Shown in pieces: positions 27,995-40,813 of a DNA stretch of 64,000 nucleotides. This DNA is from Psammoneis japonica (Eukaryota), in NCBI GenBank assembly GCA_008632985.1, contig QPGO01000138.1:124001-188000 (forward strand). The letters run 5' to 3'. Each line of letters begins with the position of its first letter. The stretch's first letter is position 1. The translations under genes and the position numbers were made by a program. Below the pieces are notes generated by a model that was not told the origin of the DNA, did not search any database, and saw nothing but the letters and a program-made list of their open reading frames with translations.

Positions 27995-30324
27995 GGCGGA
28001 GGGGGGTGAAGTGGTTGGCGCCTCCGTGCTTGACGCGGGCGTAGATTTGTCATGTTCCTTAAAGCCCACGCAACCATAGCAATTAAACATATGCTCCGGA
28101 TCCGCCGCTGCCTTGATGGCCTCCAACCGGGCAAGGCCCTCGGTACCAAAAATAAACTCCAGTTTGGAAATGCACATTTCGTCACGTTCGCTTCGGCGGC
28201 CAATGGGGCAAGGCACAGACCAGTTCGTCTTGAGGGGGCCCATGTTCAACTCTTGCATGTGATTGAATTCACCCATGGGCGGGAAGGAGTCTTGGGGAGT
28301 GCCATCGCCCACATAGGCCATGAGCAAGTTGGTCTTCAAGTCGTCGCCGCCGAGGATACCGAGACTAGAAAAAAACGCCGATCCGCGGTACGCCCGACTC
28401 GTTGCGGTGGTCCCATCGTGATGCGTGGCATGGTTGCCGCCAATCGTGTAGGGAGGAATGTCAAACAAAACCGATCGTCCCTCCTCCGAATTGACATAAT
28501 CAATCGGAGTGTGAATCGCCATTCCGGCAAAGTTCCGAATCAACATGGGGGTTTCTTGGTCTGCAATTCTTCCCGAGGGTACCCCAGGGAATTCGCCGAG
28601 ACTCAGCGCCAATTCGGCATAGTCCTTGTTGGTGGCCTTGAGAACGATCGACGCGCGAATCATATCCACCAATTCATCCGTAAATCCAGCCTCCAAGAAA
28701 TAGTCGCGGTTGCTCTCAACGACGGCGGCATATGCAGAAGAAAAGAGTTGGCCGCCCTCTCCAAAGCAAAAGAATTCATTGAAGACCCCTTGACAAAGAT
28801 TGCTCTGCTCCACAGTCAAGTTTACCGCGGTGGGATTATAGTACGCGTCCAGTCGAAAGTTGCCATTGACCCAAGCGAGCGCTGCGGTTTGGTTATCACA
28901 TGACGACCCACAAAGTGCAGCCAATTCTTCTTCAAACCCATCGGGATTTTCTAATTTCAACTGGCTAATCTCTCCTGGCCAATCGGGCAATTGATACTCT
29001 ACCGAAAGGACAACACCAAAGCCGCCGCCTCCGCCCCGCACGGCATGCCACAAGTCGTCAAAGGAAACACCAATCCCGGCATTGTCGGGACAAACTTGCC
29101 ATTGCCAATCTTCTTCGGGTGAGGAAGGATTCGTATTGCACCATCCAGTCACTTTTGTGGTGCGAGGCCAGGCAAGCGTGTCGTCGTCGGTCCACTCGGT
29201 CGGACCGAAACGAACATGATGTCCCGTGGGCAAGACCATTTCCATTTGCGTGACTTGATCGACACCAAAGCCAAAGAGGCGGCCACCGTTGGTGGCTGCA
29301 ATTCCCGTGGCTGACAACCACCCACCCGCGGCACCCACCGTTCCAGAACCACCACCCAACATGTGGTAGGTCCAATTTCCGTCCTTATCCGCGCTGCGGA
29401 TTCGATTAAAGTTCGACACGGATCGGTATGCCTCGTCAAACAGGGTTCCTCCACCCACGCGCATTATGGCACTCCAACCACGAGACGTAGCCACGCGGCA
29501 GGCCTGGGCACGCAAATCGGCCGTGGTCAAATTTACGCCCTCTTCCTTCACTCTACTCGTAGGGCTTGTTTGCGGGTTGCCCTGCAAAATGTCAGGGCAT
29601 TCCGTCAAGAATCCACCCTCCACCAAATACTTGGGGTACTGACGCATATTGATCAGGATGGAATCCTTGTCGGTGTGACTGCCCGTATAGCTGTGTCCCG
29701 TCGCCTTGACGCTCATACCGACATGGTTTTTTAATGCAAACTCCACGGCAGCCACCACATCACCTGCCGTGCGAGGATGAACCACGGCCGCGGGCAAATT
29801 CCAGTCCTCGTCGGGAACAGCCTCGGGCTCAAATGGGAGATTCTCGGGCCATGGCGTGGTAGAAAGGAGATCGTAAAGGTTGGTGGGGGACCAGTCGCAG
29901 TATCGCCATGCGCAAGCCTTGTGAGAGAAATGAAGAACAATGTTGCAAATGATTAGAGCAAGACTCTTTTTATCATAACACACAGTACAGTAGTAAGCAT
30001 CATAGCGTGACACAACAATAAACTTACAAAAGCATAAGAGCACAAACCGGCCGGTTGATCTACCAATTGATAATTGGACCCCTCTGCCAAACGTCCCGCC
30101 GGACCAAACGCAAAGCGAAAGTCTTCGGCCGCAAAAACGGGGGAGCATTGTTCCAACCATTGCGCATTGTCCGTATCATTAAATACAAACGTCAGAGACG
30201 TTTGGGACGTCAAGGACGAACGGAGTGAGGCCCAATCGAGAGTTTCAAGGTCGGGGTCGTGTCCCTCGGCGACGGAAGCAATCGTCCCAGCGGAAAAGAA
30301 TAGCAACCAAGAAAAGACACGCAT
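27923..30324 (-). CDS. Secreted FAD-linked oxidase, berberine-bridge-enzyme-like; intron 29918-30027
   Basis: Signal peptide MRVFSWLLFFSAG; PAAVVHPRTAGDVVAAVEFA..VKATGHSYTG; GTVGAAGGWL; AVRGGGGGFGVV; C-terminal RLEAIKAAADPEHMF; Ser/Thr/Pro spacer plus hydrophobic tail. Confidence 0.88.
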
Positions 30325-31849
30325 CCTGCTGATTCCCGTTAATGATGATGATGATGATGATCGCCTTCTTTCATCAACGTTGCTCTTCTTGTGAGAAGAG
30401 TGAGAGTGCAAAGAAGAGCAACGCATCAACATCAATCTGTCAATCCAGATGCACAACCAAAGATCTAATACATAATCTTCTTCAATTTCGAATACATAAG
30501 CATCATTGCATGCAGCATTGGTCGTTTCTTTTTTGGCGAATCGGCAGCTGGCGGTGTTGACGTGGCATCAGGTCGCTCAAAGATACTGTGTAATAAAAAC
30601 ATCAGAGCAGAAGAATGCTACCGTACGGTATGCATCGCATCGTCGGTTTTTTTTTGGCAACCTGCAACAACCTGGAAAAAAATCGCTGGCCCCACTGGCA
30701 TTTGAGGGTGCAAGCAAGAAGAATCATCGCAGTGGCAGTCTGTCTGTACGATGGTTTCTACGCATATTTTGTACTTTCGTCCGTCCCTACCACCTCCAGC
30801 CCGATTCCGACCAACCCGATTCGGGCAGATGGCAGGTCGGACGATAGTACAAATTATGCATAGAATCCATCGTACAGACAGACCGCGCTGCGATTCTTTC
30901 TATGTATCTACTTTCTATCTCCTGCCTTGCTCGCATTGCAAGTGGCGACACGCGACACCCAACTTGCTGGCGGGCGCGTTCCGACGGTCTGACTGCATGT
31001 CCAGTGATGGGTTGCTCGTCGCACAGCCCTCTTTTTACGGCATCATGTGTCCAGTCACGCAGCTCAGGGTTGAAAAGAAGAAGAGGAAAAGGGTGAGGAG
31101 GAGAAGGAGGGAAAGGAGGAGAGGAGAGGGGCTGTGGGCACAATTTGGGGGCCCCCGCTTTCCCCCACAAATTTTTGCACTTGCCTTGTTGAAGTTGGCT
31201 GTCAATGAGCCGAACTTGAAAGTGCCAGCAACAGTGTCCAACAAAATGCACTTGTTTTGTGTGTTTCTTCTGATCATGTCTCACCAGCTTTTCTGACACA
31301 AGCTTCACTCAAACACGTGCAATGTTCAACTTGAGACAATTTTGGGGGGTGTTGGCGCCTTTTTTTTGTTGCACAGTTTGTTTTCTTCCTTTTGATGGTG
31401 GTCAGCTGAGCTTGGTTTCAACTTCATTCTCCCCACTCATGTGTGTGTGTCCTTGCATGTGTGCAGTCCACCTCATGTGCACACACTCTCCCACCCTCAT
31501 TTCAAATTTTTCCTTGTGCTTTCCCCCAGACTTGCGCAGCCCATTCTTGGTGTCCGCAGTGTTCTCAGCTTTTTTTTGCATGCACAATTTTCTGCACACT
31601 TCATAAAAGTGCCCTCTCCCCAAACATTAAAAAGCAAAGGTTTGCACTGTTGTGACTCCTGTGTGCTCCACATGTTGTTGCAAATTTGCAAATTGACAAC
31701 CTGCCAGGGCAGAGAAAGACTTTGCCCCATTGGCCGATGACAGCAGCTCAGTGCATGGTGAGAGCTGCTGTCCTTCTGGTTGGTCAAGATGGGTTGTGAT
31801 TGGGACATCTCTTCAATTTTGTGGTTGCAAGTGTGCTGTCATAAATCTG

Positions 31850-32760
31850 TCAAAGAGTTGCCCAGAATCCAGAATGCTGAGCTGGGGTGTCATGGCGAGT
31901 CGCCTCCTCTTTGCAGACTTTTCTGCAGCATTGGCAGCACAATGGAGCATGATGTCCGAGTTTTGCATCCAGAGTCATTGCAAGTTGCCACAAATTTCAT
32001 TCTTCAAACAAGGTGTGTGCAAAAAGAGGTTCATCATTTTTTGATGCATTCAGCAACAACGCACCCATCTTCTCCAATTTTTAAGCTCAGATCCAGAAAG
32101 ACTGCAGAGGCAGAGAGTGGCAGGGAGGCAACCCAGTGGAGGTTGCCTGAGTTGTCAAGCTCATTTCCAAAGGCTTCCCAAGTCTCTCTGCTGTTTCTGG
32201 TCCACACTCCAAATGTGTCATTGATGGGCTGTCTGCAGCACAAGAGGTGTGGGGCAAACTTGTCTGCATAACTTGTCATTCGTGCAGCGCCTTGTGCAGT
32301 GTGGAGCACATGCAGGCAGTGCTTGTTCCCATGGCCATTCCAGCAAGTGCATTCTGTGGCACTTGGGGTGGTGTTTTTGCTTCCTCATGTGCTGTCTTGA
32401 GTGTTTCCATGTTGCCCTGGAATCAGCGGTGCTGGCTGCAACAGCAAGCCCATGTTGCCACTCCCATCAGTTGTGTTGGTTCATCCACGCTGCACTCTCA
32501 CAATGTGCTCTGCACTTTTTGGCAATGAACAAGGTGGGTCAGAGCAGCGGCACTTCAAGAGCTGCAGCTGCCGCCACAAACTTGTGGGTGCCAGAGTTGG
32601 CAGCAGTGATGGCGGATCCAACAGCAAGTCCATGTTGCCATTTCCATTGGTTGTGTTGGCTCATCTGCATTGTGCTCTCACAATGTGTTCTGCACCTTTT
32701 AGCAATGAATGACTTGAGTTCTGTGTCCACCCACTTGTGTGCTGGATCATTCTTGTCTGG
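31850..32760 (-). mobile_element. Degenerate Penelope-like retroelement RT fragment
   Basis: GMAMGTSTACMCSTLH, CCRQPINDTFGVW (degenerate YxRYIDDxFGxW), GNLHW, AVFLDLSLKI, KMMNLFLHTP, EICGNLQ*LWMQNS; internal ~90-bp duplication (32440/32620). Confidence 0.7.
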
Positions 32761-32989
32761 GGTGACTCGATGGTTGTCTTGCCCCAAAGACAATTGGATC
32801 TTGGAGGTTTTTTGTTTTCAATTGATGGCGAGCAGCACCAAGTCTTTGAACTTGCCCATTTCTTTTTTGGTTTCATTCTAAATCTTGTGCTCCACCACTC
32901 TCTGCATTGTCGGTGGTGTTGTGTTGTGCAGCACAACAGCTCTTGAGTTGCTCACTTGTTGTGCCAGCAGTGTTCTGCATTTTTCCTCT

Positions 32990-35352
32990 GACAAGTGCGC
33001 CAATGAAAAGCAAGGTGAGAGAAAATCCAACAATGGACAAAAAACTCATTCTTGCCAATTTTTTGCTCTGTTGTTCAAACTCAGCTCCCACAGCTGCACA
33101 TTTCTGCCTCAGCTTGTTCTCAACAGATTGAAGGCCAGCTGTCTCAGTCAAAGACATTGAGGCACCATGCACTCTTGTTTGCACTTGCAAAATGAAGGTT
33201 GTTGTGGCAATGTCTGGGTTTCAGCATTTGGCTTTTGCAGCAAAAGCCAGCAAGGACAATGACTTTCTGTGCAGCCTCTTGTTGTGTCATCAAGTGCATT
33301 CTTTCTGCAAGTGAAGAAAGCAGAGTGGGCATGAGTGTGTTGTGGGTTGAATTGTGAATTGGGGCTCTGCTGCTTGCATTTGTTTCTTGCTTGCTGCAGG
33401 CAGCACTCCTTGCATTTTCAGCATGGTCTTGATGACTGAATGTTCTTGTCATGAAAGTGTTGCACATCTGAGACTGGCACCAAAGTCCAAGGATTTCTGA
33501 CTGCACAGTCCCAGAAAAACTCACCTGTCAGCTGGGCTGTTCTCTTGCCTGCTGGCAGCAACACTCTGACCAATCATTCACTGAGCCCTGCAACTGACTG
33601 GTGTGCTGTGCCCATGTCACAAGATGTCAAACAGTGTCCCACTTGTGGTGGCATGTGTCACAATGGAAGAGCTGTGACTTGCCACACCACATGATCCATC
33701 TGGGTGCAAGGTCTGGCTGCACCTGATTTGTTGCTCACACCAGAAAACCATGAAAATGCTGCTCCATCAGTGCAGGAATCCCAGGTGTGGGTGGGGCATT
33801 TGACAATCTCCTCAACAGCTCTGCCACATCATTGCTTTGGATGCGCAACACAAGCCAGATGTTTTCAAGAAAAGCAAGAAAACTGGGAGGTTTGCTCTCA
33901 ATGCCAAGATCTCACTTTGTCTCTCACCTTCAATTTGTGTGCCAAGTCATCCACAATGGTGCTGCAGGAAAAGCTGTGAATGTGGGAGGTTGTTGGCAGA
34001 CTGCTCAAGCTCTGTTCTGGTGCAGCAGCCTCTGCACCAATCTGGGTGCTGAGAGTTTCAGGATCTGATGTCCTCAAATGAGCAAATGATGTCAAAAAAG
34101 GACACAAGCCATGCAAAGAGGTTCATCCCAGAAGGAGGACAAATCCAAGAGCTTGCAGTTGCAGACATCCATGCTGGCTGAATGATGGGCAAAATGCTGC
34201 ACAAATGAGTGGGGCAACTGCACAGAGACAACCCACCAAGGCCACAGAGCACAGTGTGCTTGCTGGGACATCTTCTGCTGGAAGCAGTTTTGAGCCACAC
34301 CTTGTCTGGTTCCATGCCCCCCAGTGCCACCAGCGGCATCTGCACATCCAAGAGAGGAGGTGAGGAGCCTGGGGCAAAATGACCAGCATCTGCCTTTCAT
34401 TTTGTAGAGTGCAAAGCCTTGGCTCACAGCTGCAATGTTGCAGTTGCAGAGCAGAAAGAGAGGGTTACAAAGACCAGACTCATGCTGCACACATGAGCTG
34501 GACACACAAAAAAGGCTTGCAAGGTGCACAAGTGACACAAGGGCAACTCCAAAACTCAACTTTGCAAATTGCAGATTGCACGAACAGCAGCATTCATCCA
34601 GCTGCACAGGCAGCTCTTGCAAATCATGGAGGATGAGTGCTGAAACTTGTGCAGAATCTCCCATGATGACACAGCTCCATCAACTCTGTGAGATGATGAG
34701 TGGAGAGGCAAGTGGTCCAGAAGCCTGGTGCACACTGTTCAGTGGCACAAGGGATGGAATCTTCTTTGTTTTCTTTCATTCAACAAGCCAACAAGAGAGG
34801 AAACACCTCACAGTGGTGCTCGCCAGGAGAAGACAAAAAGGGGTGCTTGTTGATGTTGTTGGGAGCATCATTGGGTGCTGCGCTGCCAAACCTTGTGCAC
34901 TGTGAGCAGCCCACCAAGAAGTCTGGCATGCTCAGCTTCCACAAGAGAATGGCCCTCTGGCAGAGCGGCAGCAAAGGCTCCTTGTAGAAATTGAGCTTGT
35001 CTCCAAGTTGCACTGGGTCACGCACCCACTCAAGTCCTCTTTCCAGCTGCAAAAAGGGTGCACTTGATGGCACACAAGGTCAAAACTTTGCTGTCACAGG
35101 CTTCTGCTGCACAAGTCAAAAATGCCAAAACCTGAGCATTGCAACAGTTTTTGCTGCATCGGCACAAGCAAGAGTGCAGGGTTTCTCAATGTCCTTGATG
35201 GAGACAGCAGCTGGCCTTCAATCTGTTGAGAATGAGCTGAAGCTGAGACATGCACTTGCAAGAACTCAGCCTGAGCAGCAGAAAAATCACAGGAAGGAAG
35301 TTCTCATCTGTTTTTGGATTTTTTCTCATCTCTCTTTTCACGGGCGCACTTG
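32990..35352. repeat. Diverged inverted repeat pair (~32990-33190 minus; ~35162-35352 plus)
   Basis: Translations QTRVHGASMSLTETAGLQSVENKLRQ and QARVQGFSMSLMETAAGLQSVENELKLRH on opposite strands. Confidence 0.7.
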
Positions 35353-36566
35353 TCTGCAGCAAGGAATGCATTGGCGTGATTTTGGTGGGAACATGTTTGA
35401 TGGCAAAATTGAACATCAGCTGTTGCTGCCATCACCATCAATTTTGTGTCACTTGGTCAGGGGGTGGGCCTGCGGTGGTGTGTGCAACTTGTGTGGGAAT
35501 TTGCAATGCTGCAAAAGTCTGCCATTGGTCAGCATGTGTGGGGCTTGCTTTTGGTGAATGCTGGAGGGCAGACATGTCTTTTTCACATGTGACAACTGCA
35601 CTTGCCAAAGACCCAAACACACTGGAGGACAGCATTTCTTTGGACAGTCCAGCTTGTGTCCACAGTTGCCTCCAAAATCAAATGTGATGCCACCACCCCT
35701 GTGCTGGGCAGCAGAGAGGGCCAAAAGCCAAATGGCTGATGCCAGGAGGGACTCAAAGCACAACCAGAGATTTGGAATTTGCAGGTCCCAGCCCTGGGGG
35801 ACTTGGCTCATGCCCTGAGTTGCCAGCACTGAGCAGCTCCTTCTGCCATTTTAGATGGTTGAGCAGCAAGGAAAGAAGGCAAAAAAGTTGCACAGCCCAG
35901 GTGGTGCTGGCTCACTGATTGTTCAGACCATGAGCCTCTTGACTCAGGGTTTCCAAAATTGGCAAAAAACTGTTCTCACCCAAGCCCCTCATCTTCTCCA
36001 AAGCTTGGTGTTGAACACTCTGCAGTTTGCTGTTGACTCTGGCTCATTTGGCATTTCCTGTTTTGTGGCACTTTCTCATTGACCCCCAGACGCAGAGCAG
36101 GTGCTGCACCAGCAGATGTTTTTGAGTTGGCCTGGCACTCTCAAAGAGTGGCTTCCTCAAAGAGGAGCCAGCTGGCACACTCCATTTGCAGAAGAACACT
36201 TGTGCCTGTTGGAGATCTGTCTTTTGTGGTGGGAGAACCCCAGGCATCAATTTTCATGGAGTGGAGGTGGTTGCAACATCAGGCTGCCCCCCACCCCGGG
36301 CACTGGAAATGTCCAAGAGCTGAGCAGTGCCAGAGGCTCAAAGCAAGTCTGGAGATTTGGGATTTGCAAATCTGAGCCCCAGGGAACTTGGCAGACATTT
36401 GGAGTCCCTGGCACTGTGCACCATGCAAACAAGCTCTGTTGCAACAAACACAGGACCAATGTGATGTTCAGCAAGGGAGCAAACATTGCAAAATCTCAAA
36501 ACACCACTCAAAAAAGCCATCCAAGTCACCCCAAGATGGCGGTTGGTGCCAGGATGCAATTTCTGT

Positions 36567-36792
36567 GAACTCAATCAATCAACCCAAAAATGACAAATGG
36601 GTGATCTGCTTCACTTTTGATTTTGACCACAGCTGCACATGTGGCATGTCCATCTGGTTTACATTCTGACAGACTGGAACTCAGTCAATCAACCCAAAAA
36701 TGACAAATGGATGATCTGCTTCACTTTTGATTTTGACCACAGCTGCACATGTGACACATCCATCTGGTTTACATTCTGACAGACTGGAACTC
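36567..36792. repeat. 110-bp tandem duplication
   Basis: Two near-identical units aactca-tcaatcaacccaaaaatgacaaatgg...acagactggaactc. Confidence 0.92.
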
Positions 36793-37918
36793 TGTCCAGT
36801 CCAACAAATGTGGCAATTCATGTTGCATCTGAGCTGTGCTTTTTTTCCTGAATCTCATTTGAGCTGGAGATTCAAATGCGTGTGCATCTCTTTTTTGTTG
36901 TTGATTTTTTTCAGGCTCGCAGATTTCCAGAAATGAGGCGCCACTCTCTGGTTGCACTCATTGGCTGCATCTTTCCATGATTTCCTTTTGTGGGGCAACA
37001 GCAAAATGATGTTCTCTGTCACCACTCCCAACTGATGGCATCATTCTTGGACCTCTCAGATTCATTGTGGTGGTCAAGACATGCTTTGTCCTTGGGGATG
37101 ACTTTTTTTTACACTCAACACAGGTGATTGACAAGCAACAGAAATGCTGAATGCTTTTTCTGGTGGTTTGCCTTTGAAGAGTGCCAGTGTGTGCTGGCAT
37201 CTAGTTTGAGATGCATGGCAGAGTTAGATTTTGATTAAAATGACACAAACAAGGGCAAACTCAGGCAGAACAAATCTGCTGCCTCACTGGTTGCCTTCTC
37301 AAAGATGCCAGGAAACTGAAGCACAAACATCCTTCACCCCCACGTGATGGCATTTGCAATGACCTTGGTGATGACAGCAGCCTCTTGTTGCTTGCACCAG
37401 TGGCAGGTGCTTTTTGAGAATCCACCAGGCCAAAAATGTCCTGGTCTTCTTTGCTGTGCAATGCAAGCAACTCTTCTGTGCTGTGAGTGGGTGATGTCTT
37501 GTGGCTGGAAGGGGCAGGAGGAGCAGGTGGGAGAGTGGCTCACAGCTCTGGGCTCATGGTTGCTTGTGTGTTTTCTTGACAATGTGACAAATCATGTTGG
37601 AGGGAGCCACAGTCAAAGTCCTGCCAGAGCAGGTGGGGGATTGCACGGGTTGTGGGCACTCATCACTTGCCAGGCACCCTGCAAAGAAGCAAAGCGCCCA
37701 GCCAGCAGGGCATGGTTTTCATGGGGTGCCTTCTGCCTGGCATTGCTTTTTTTGCCTGTGGACACAAATGCATGTTTTGTTGTCCTGGCACCTCAGCCAA
37801 AACAATTGCCATGTCTTCATCATCTCCTTGGGGGAAACTCACCCCCATTCTTTCTGAGATGAAGTGAGATCCATCGATTTGGATGCAGCAGATGAGCTTG
37901 GCTGAGCTTGAGTGTTGG

Positions 37919-38112
37919 TGACAGAATGCCGAAGGTCAACAGTGACAGAGGTGTGAAAGACTCCCCAAAGCACCAGGACTGTGACAACACGAGTGCCAGC
38001 AGATGAGAAAGTGAGAAGCAGATCTCAGAGAGATCTGCTCATCTGTCCAAATGGTCCAGCCATCATCCGCATCCAGTCTGTCCATCCTGCGACAGGTGTA
38101 GACAGGCTGACA
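37919..38112 (-). repeat. LTR A (194 bp), preceded on the minus strand by PPT GATCAGGGGAGGG (38113-38125)
   Basis: Aligns with 38263-38456 and 48304-48497. Confidence 0.9.
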
Positions 38113-38262
38113 CCCTCCCCTGATCTGTGACATCTCAACATAGAGAACAGTGCAGATCAAACCAAAGAACAGGGATGATGTGAGGAAAAAAAACAGAGAG
38201 ACTGGACATGGGACACAATGAGTGTCCATGCCCAATGCGCCATCAAACAAGGGCTCACAACC

Positions 38263-38456
38263 TGACAGAATGCTGAAGGTCGACAGTGACAGAGGCATGA
38301 AAGACTCCCCAAAGCACCAGGACTGTGACAACACGAGCACCAGCAGATGAGAAAGCGAGAAGCAGATCTCAGAGAGATCTGCTCATCTGTCTAAATGGTC
38401 CAGCCATCATCCGCATCCAGTCTGTCCATCCTGCGATGGGTGCAGACAGGCTGACA
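38263..38456 (-). repeat. LTR B (194 bp) with PBS-like GGTTGTGAGCCC (38251-38262) and PPT (38457-38469)
   Basis: Direct repeat of LTR A. Confidence 0.9.
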
Positions 38457-38761
38457 CCCTCCCCTGATCTGCAATGTCTCAACACAGCGAATGGTGCAGA
38501 TCAAACCAAAGAATGGGGATGATGTGAGGAAAAAAAACAGAGAGACTGGACACAGGACACAACAAGTGTCCATGCCCAATGCGCCATCAAACAAGGGGGG
38601 CAATGCGCAGCAGGGAGGCCAAGCTTTCTGTTTCGATTCATTTGTTTTGTGAGCCGATCAAGCGAGCCTCATCGTCTGATCCGACAACTTTTTGTCTCGC
38701 TTTCCCGGCATTTTTCACGACCGTAGAAACATGCCAGATTTCTGCGCGTGCATGACCAAAA

Positions 38762-40813
38762 ATGGCTCCACCCACTAAAACCATGGCGTCTCCCGACCTT
38801 ACAAAAGCCGCTCCCACGTCAACTGCAGAGATCCACTGCGAATTTGAGGCACATGCAACAATGCCACATCTACATCAGTGTCTGAGTGCGGTTTGTGCGG
38901 ACTCCATAACTGATCTTGATCGATTTTTTGACGATCCAGAGCACACGCAACCCAAGAATGATTTTGCGGACATGCTCCGCGATTGTTTCATCCACGAAGC
39001 GTTTCCACCTTACACAGCTGATCCCACGGATATAGAATCAATCAAGACGATTATGGATCAAGCCCCGTTCAGACTTCTTGACCCTCAAAGGCCTCGTCCA
39101 GTCCACCTGACGACTCCGATCTCATCAAAGATGATCAAGACGAATCTTCAGAATGGTGAACAATCTCTGTTCATTGCCACATCTACCCAACACATGCATG
39201 TTCATCCGGACATGCCACGGAACTATCGCAATTGGAGCGAGTTCTCTCTTATGCCCCACCAGAAGAAACAGCAGCCTCCGTCTTCTTCTCAGAAACCTGC
39301 AGGACCTGCTACATTGACTGTGGCTGACTTAGTCACTGCACTCAATGCACACGCGTCGAGCCATGCTCCGCCTTCTACAGCTTCTGCTGAGACATCTGGA
39401 AGTGCTGCATCCTCCATGACATCGAAGTGCCTCTTCAATCCAAACACACTTCCTCCAGATGTTCACGCACGCTGTGACCGCAAAGAAGATGGAAAAGTCA
39501 CTCTTCAGAGCTCTCTCGTCCCTTACGACCATGGATTCCGTCACTGTGTTGATGCATCCGATCGCATCATCCTCAACGATGGCACCCTTTTCATCATGAG
39601 CTCGACTCCTGATCAGAAAATGCTGTTCAGGGAACCTCCTGCATGTCATGACGACTCCCCCCCTGGGATGCGAGCATGGTGCCAAAATTTCCAACGTCAT
39701 GCCTTTGATTCAGGTTGCCACACACATCCATTGTGGTGTTTTGCCAAGGACCACGGTGGTGAGAAAGGTTTCGAGATTGGAAACGGCAAAGATGACGACT
39801 TGCCCCAGCGTGTGTACATCCACTGCAAGGAAGCCCAGAGCTCTCTCCACAAGATCCTGTCCAAGTCGGACATGTTCCCCAAGAACAGCAAGCATCATCC
39901 GATTGTTGCATCATGCTGCGGTGACGGATGCAAGGCTCTCAAGCAGATCATCTACGAGAATCACCCTGCTTTTGACCATGATGCTGCAGGACTAGTTGAT
40001 TCCCATCCTGCCCAAGGCAATCGATCTTTGACGGACTGCCACATGATTTTCAATGATTTCCTGCAGCTGCGTGCATGCATCTTTGATGCGGACTCTACGT
40101 TGAGTGATCCACGGGAGATGACTGTCTTTGTCAAGAACAGCAAGTGCACCAAGTTCTCATCTCGTGCTGCCAGAGATGAACGGAAGTCTCCAGCTGTGCA
40201 GAAGAAGTGCACCGATGCACAGATTGTCGAGACTCTCTCTGATTTCCTCCGCCAACCAGATGGTCCATCCATTGACACCCGTGCAACACCAAGCATTTCC
40301 TGCCGTAAATGGAATCGTGCCAATTGGGAAACACGATGCACGACTGTTGATGTCAATGCTCTCCAGGTCCCCGAGATCCCTCCACTTGAACCAGTCGATG
40401 ACTCTGCTGTTGAAGATGCTGGTGCGGAATCTCTCTCTTCGGATGCCTTCGACACTCTTTGCGACGAGTTGCATGGACTTGAGTTCCCCTCCACGGATGA
40501 AGATCGACTCCTTCACCATGTCCACTCGGCTTCAGTTTATGGGCTGAAAGTTGCTCCGACTGAAGCTTCCAAGAAACCGTGTCTCGTCTGCTCCGGTGAA
40601 CACTTGTTTGACGACTGTCAAGTCTTGAAGAACAATCCGTACATCAAGGGATTCCATGTCCGCTTTTGCCAATTCTTGAAGAGGGAGGCAGCCATGCGTG
40701 CTTCTGAGTTCCAAGGACCCCAAGGCCTGCTCCCCCCTCATCATGAAAACCCTGAAAATTCGACTAAATCTGGTGCTCCGCCTTCGGATTTTCAATCGGG
40801 CCATCGCAGCTAG
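38762..40813 (+). mobile_element. Copia gag ORF, copy 1 (683 aa, open but mutated)
   Basis: Zn knuckle CLVCSGEHLFDDC; homologous to 46076-48125. Confidence 0.85.
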
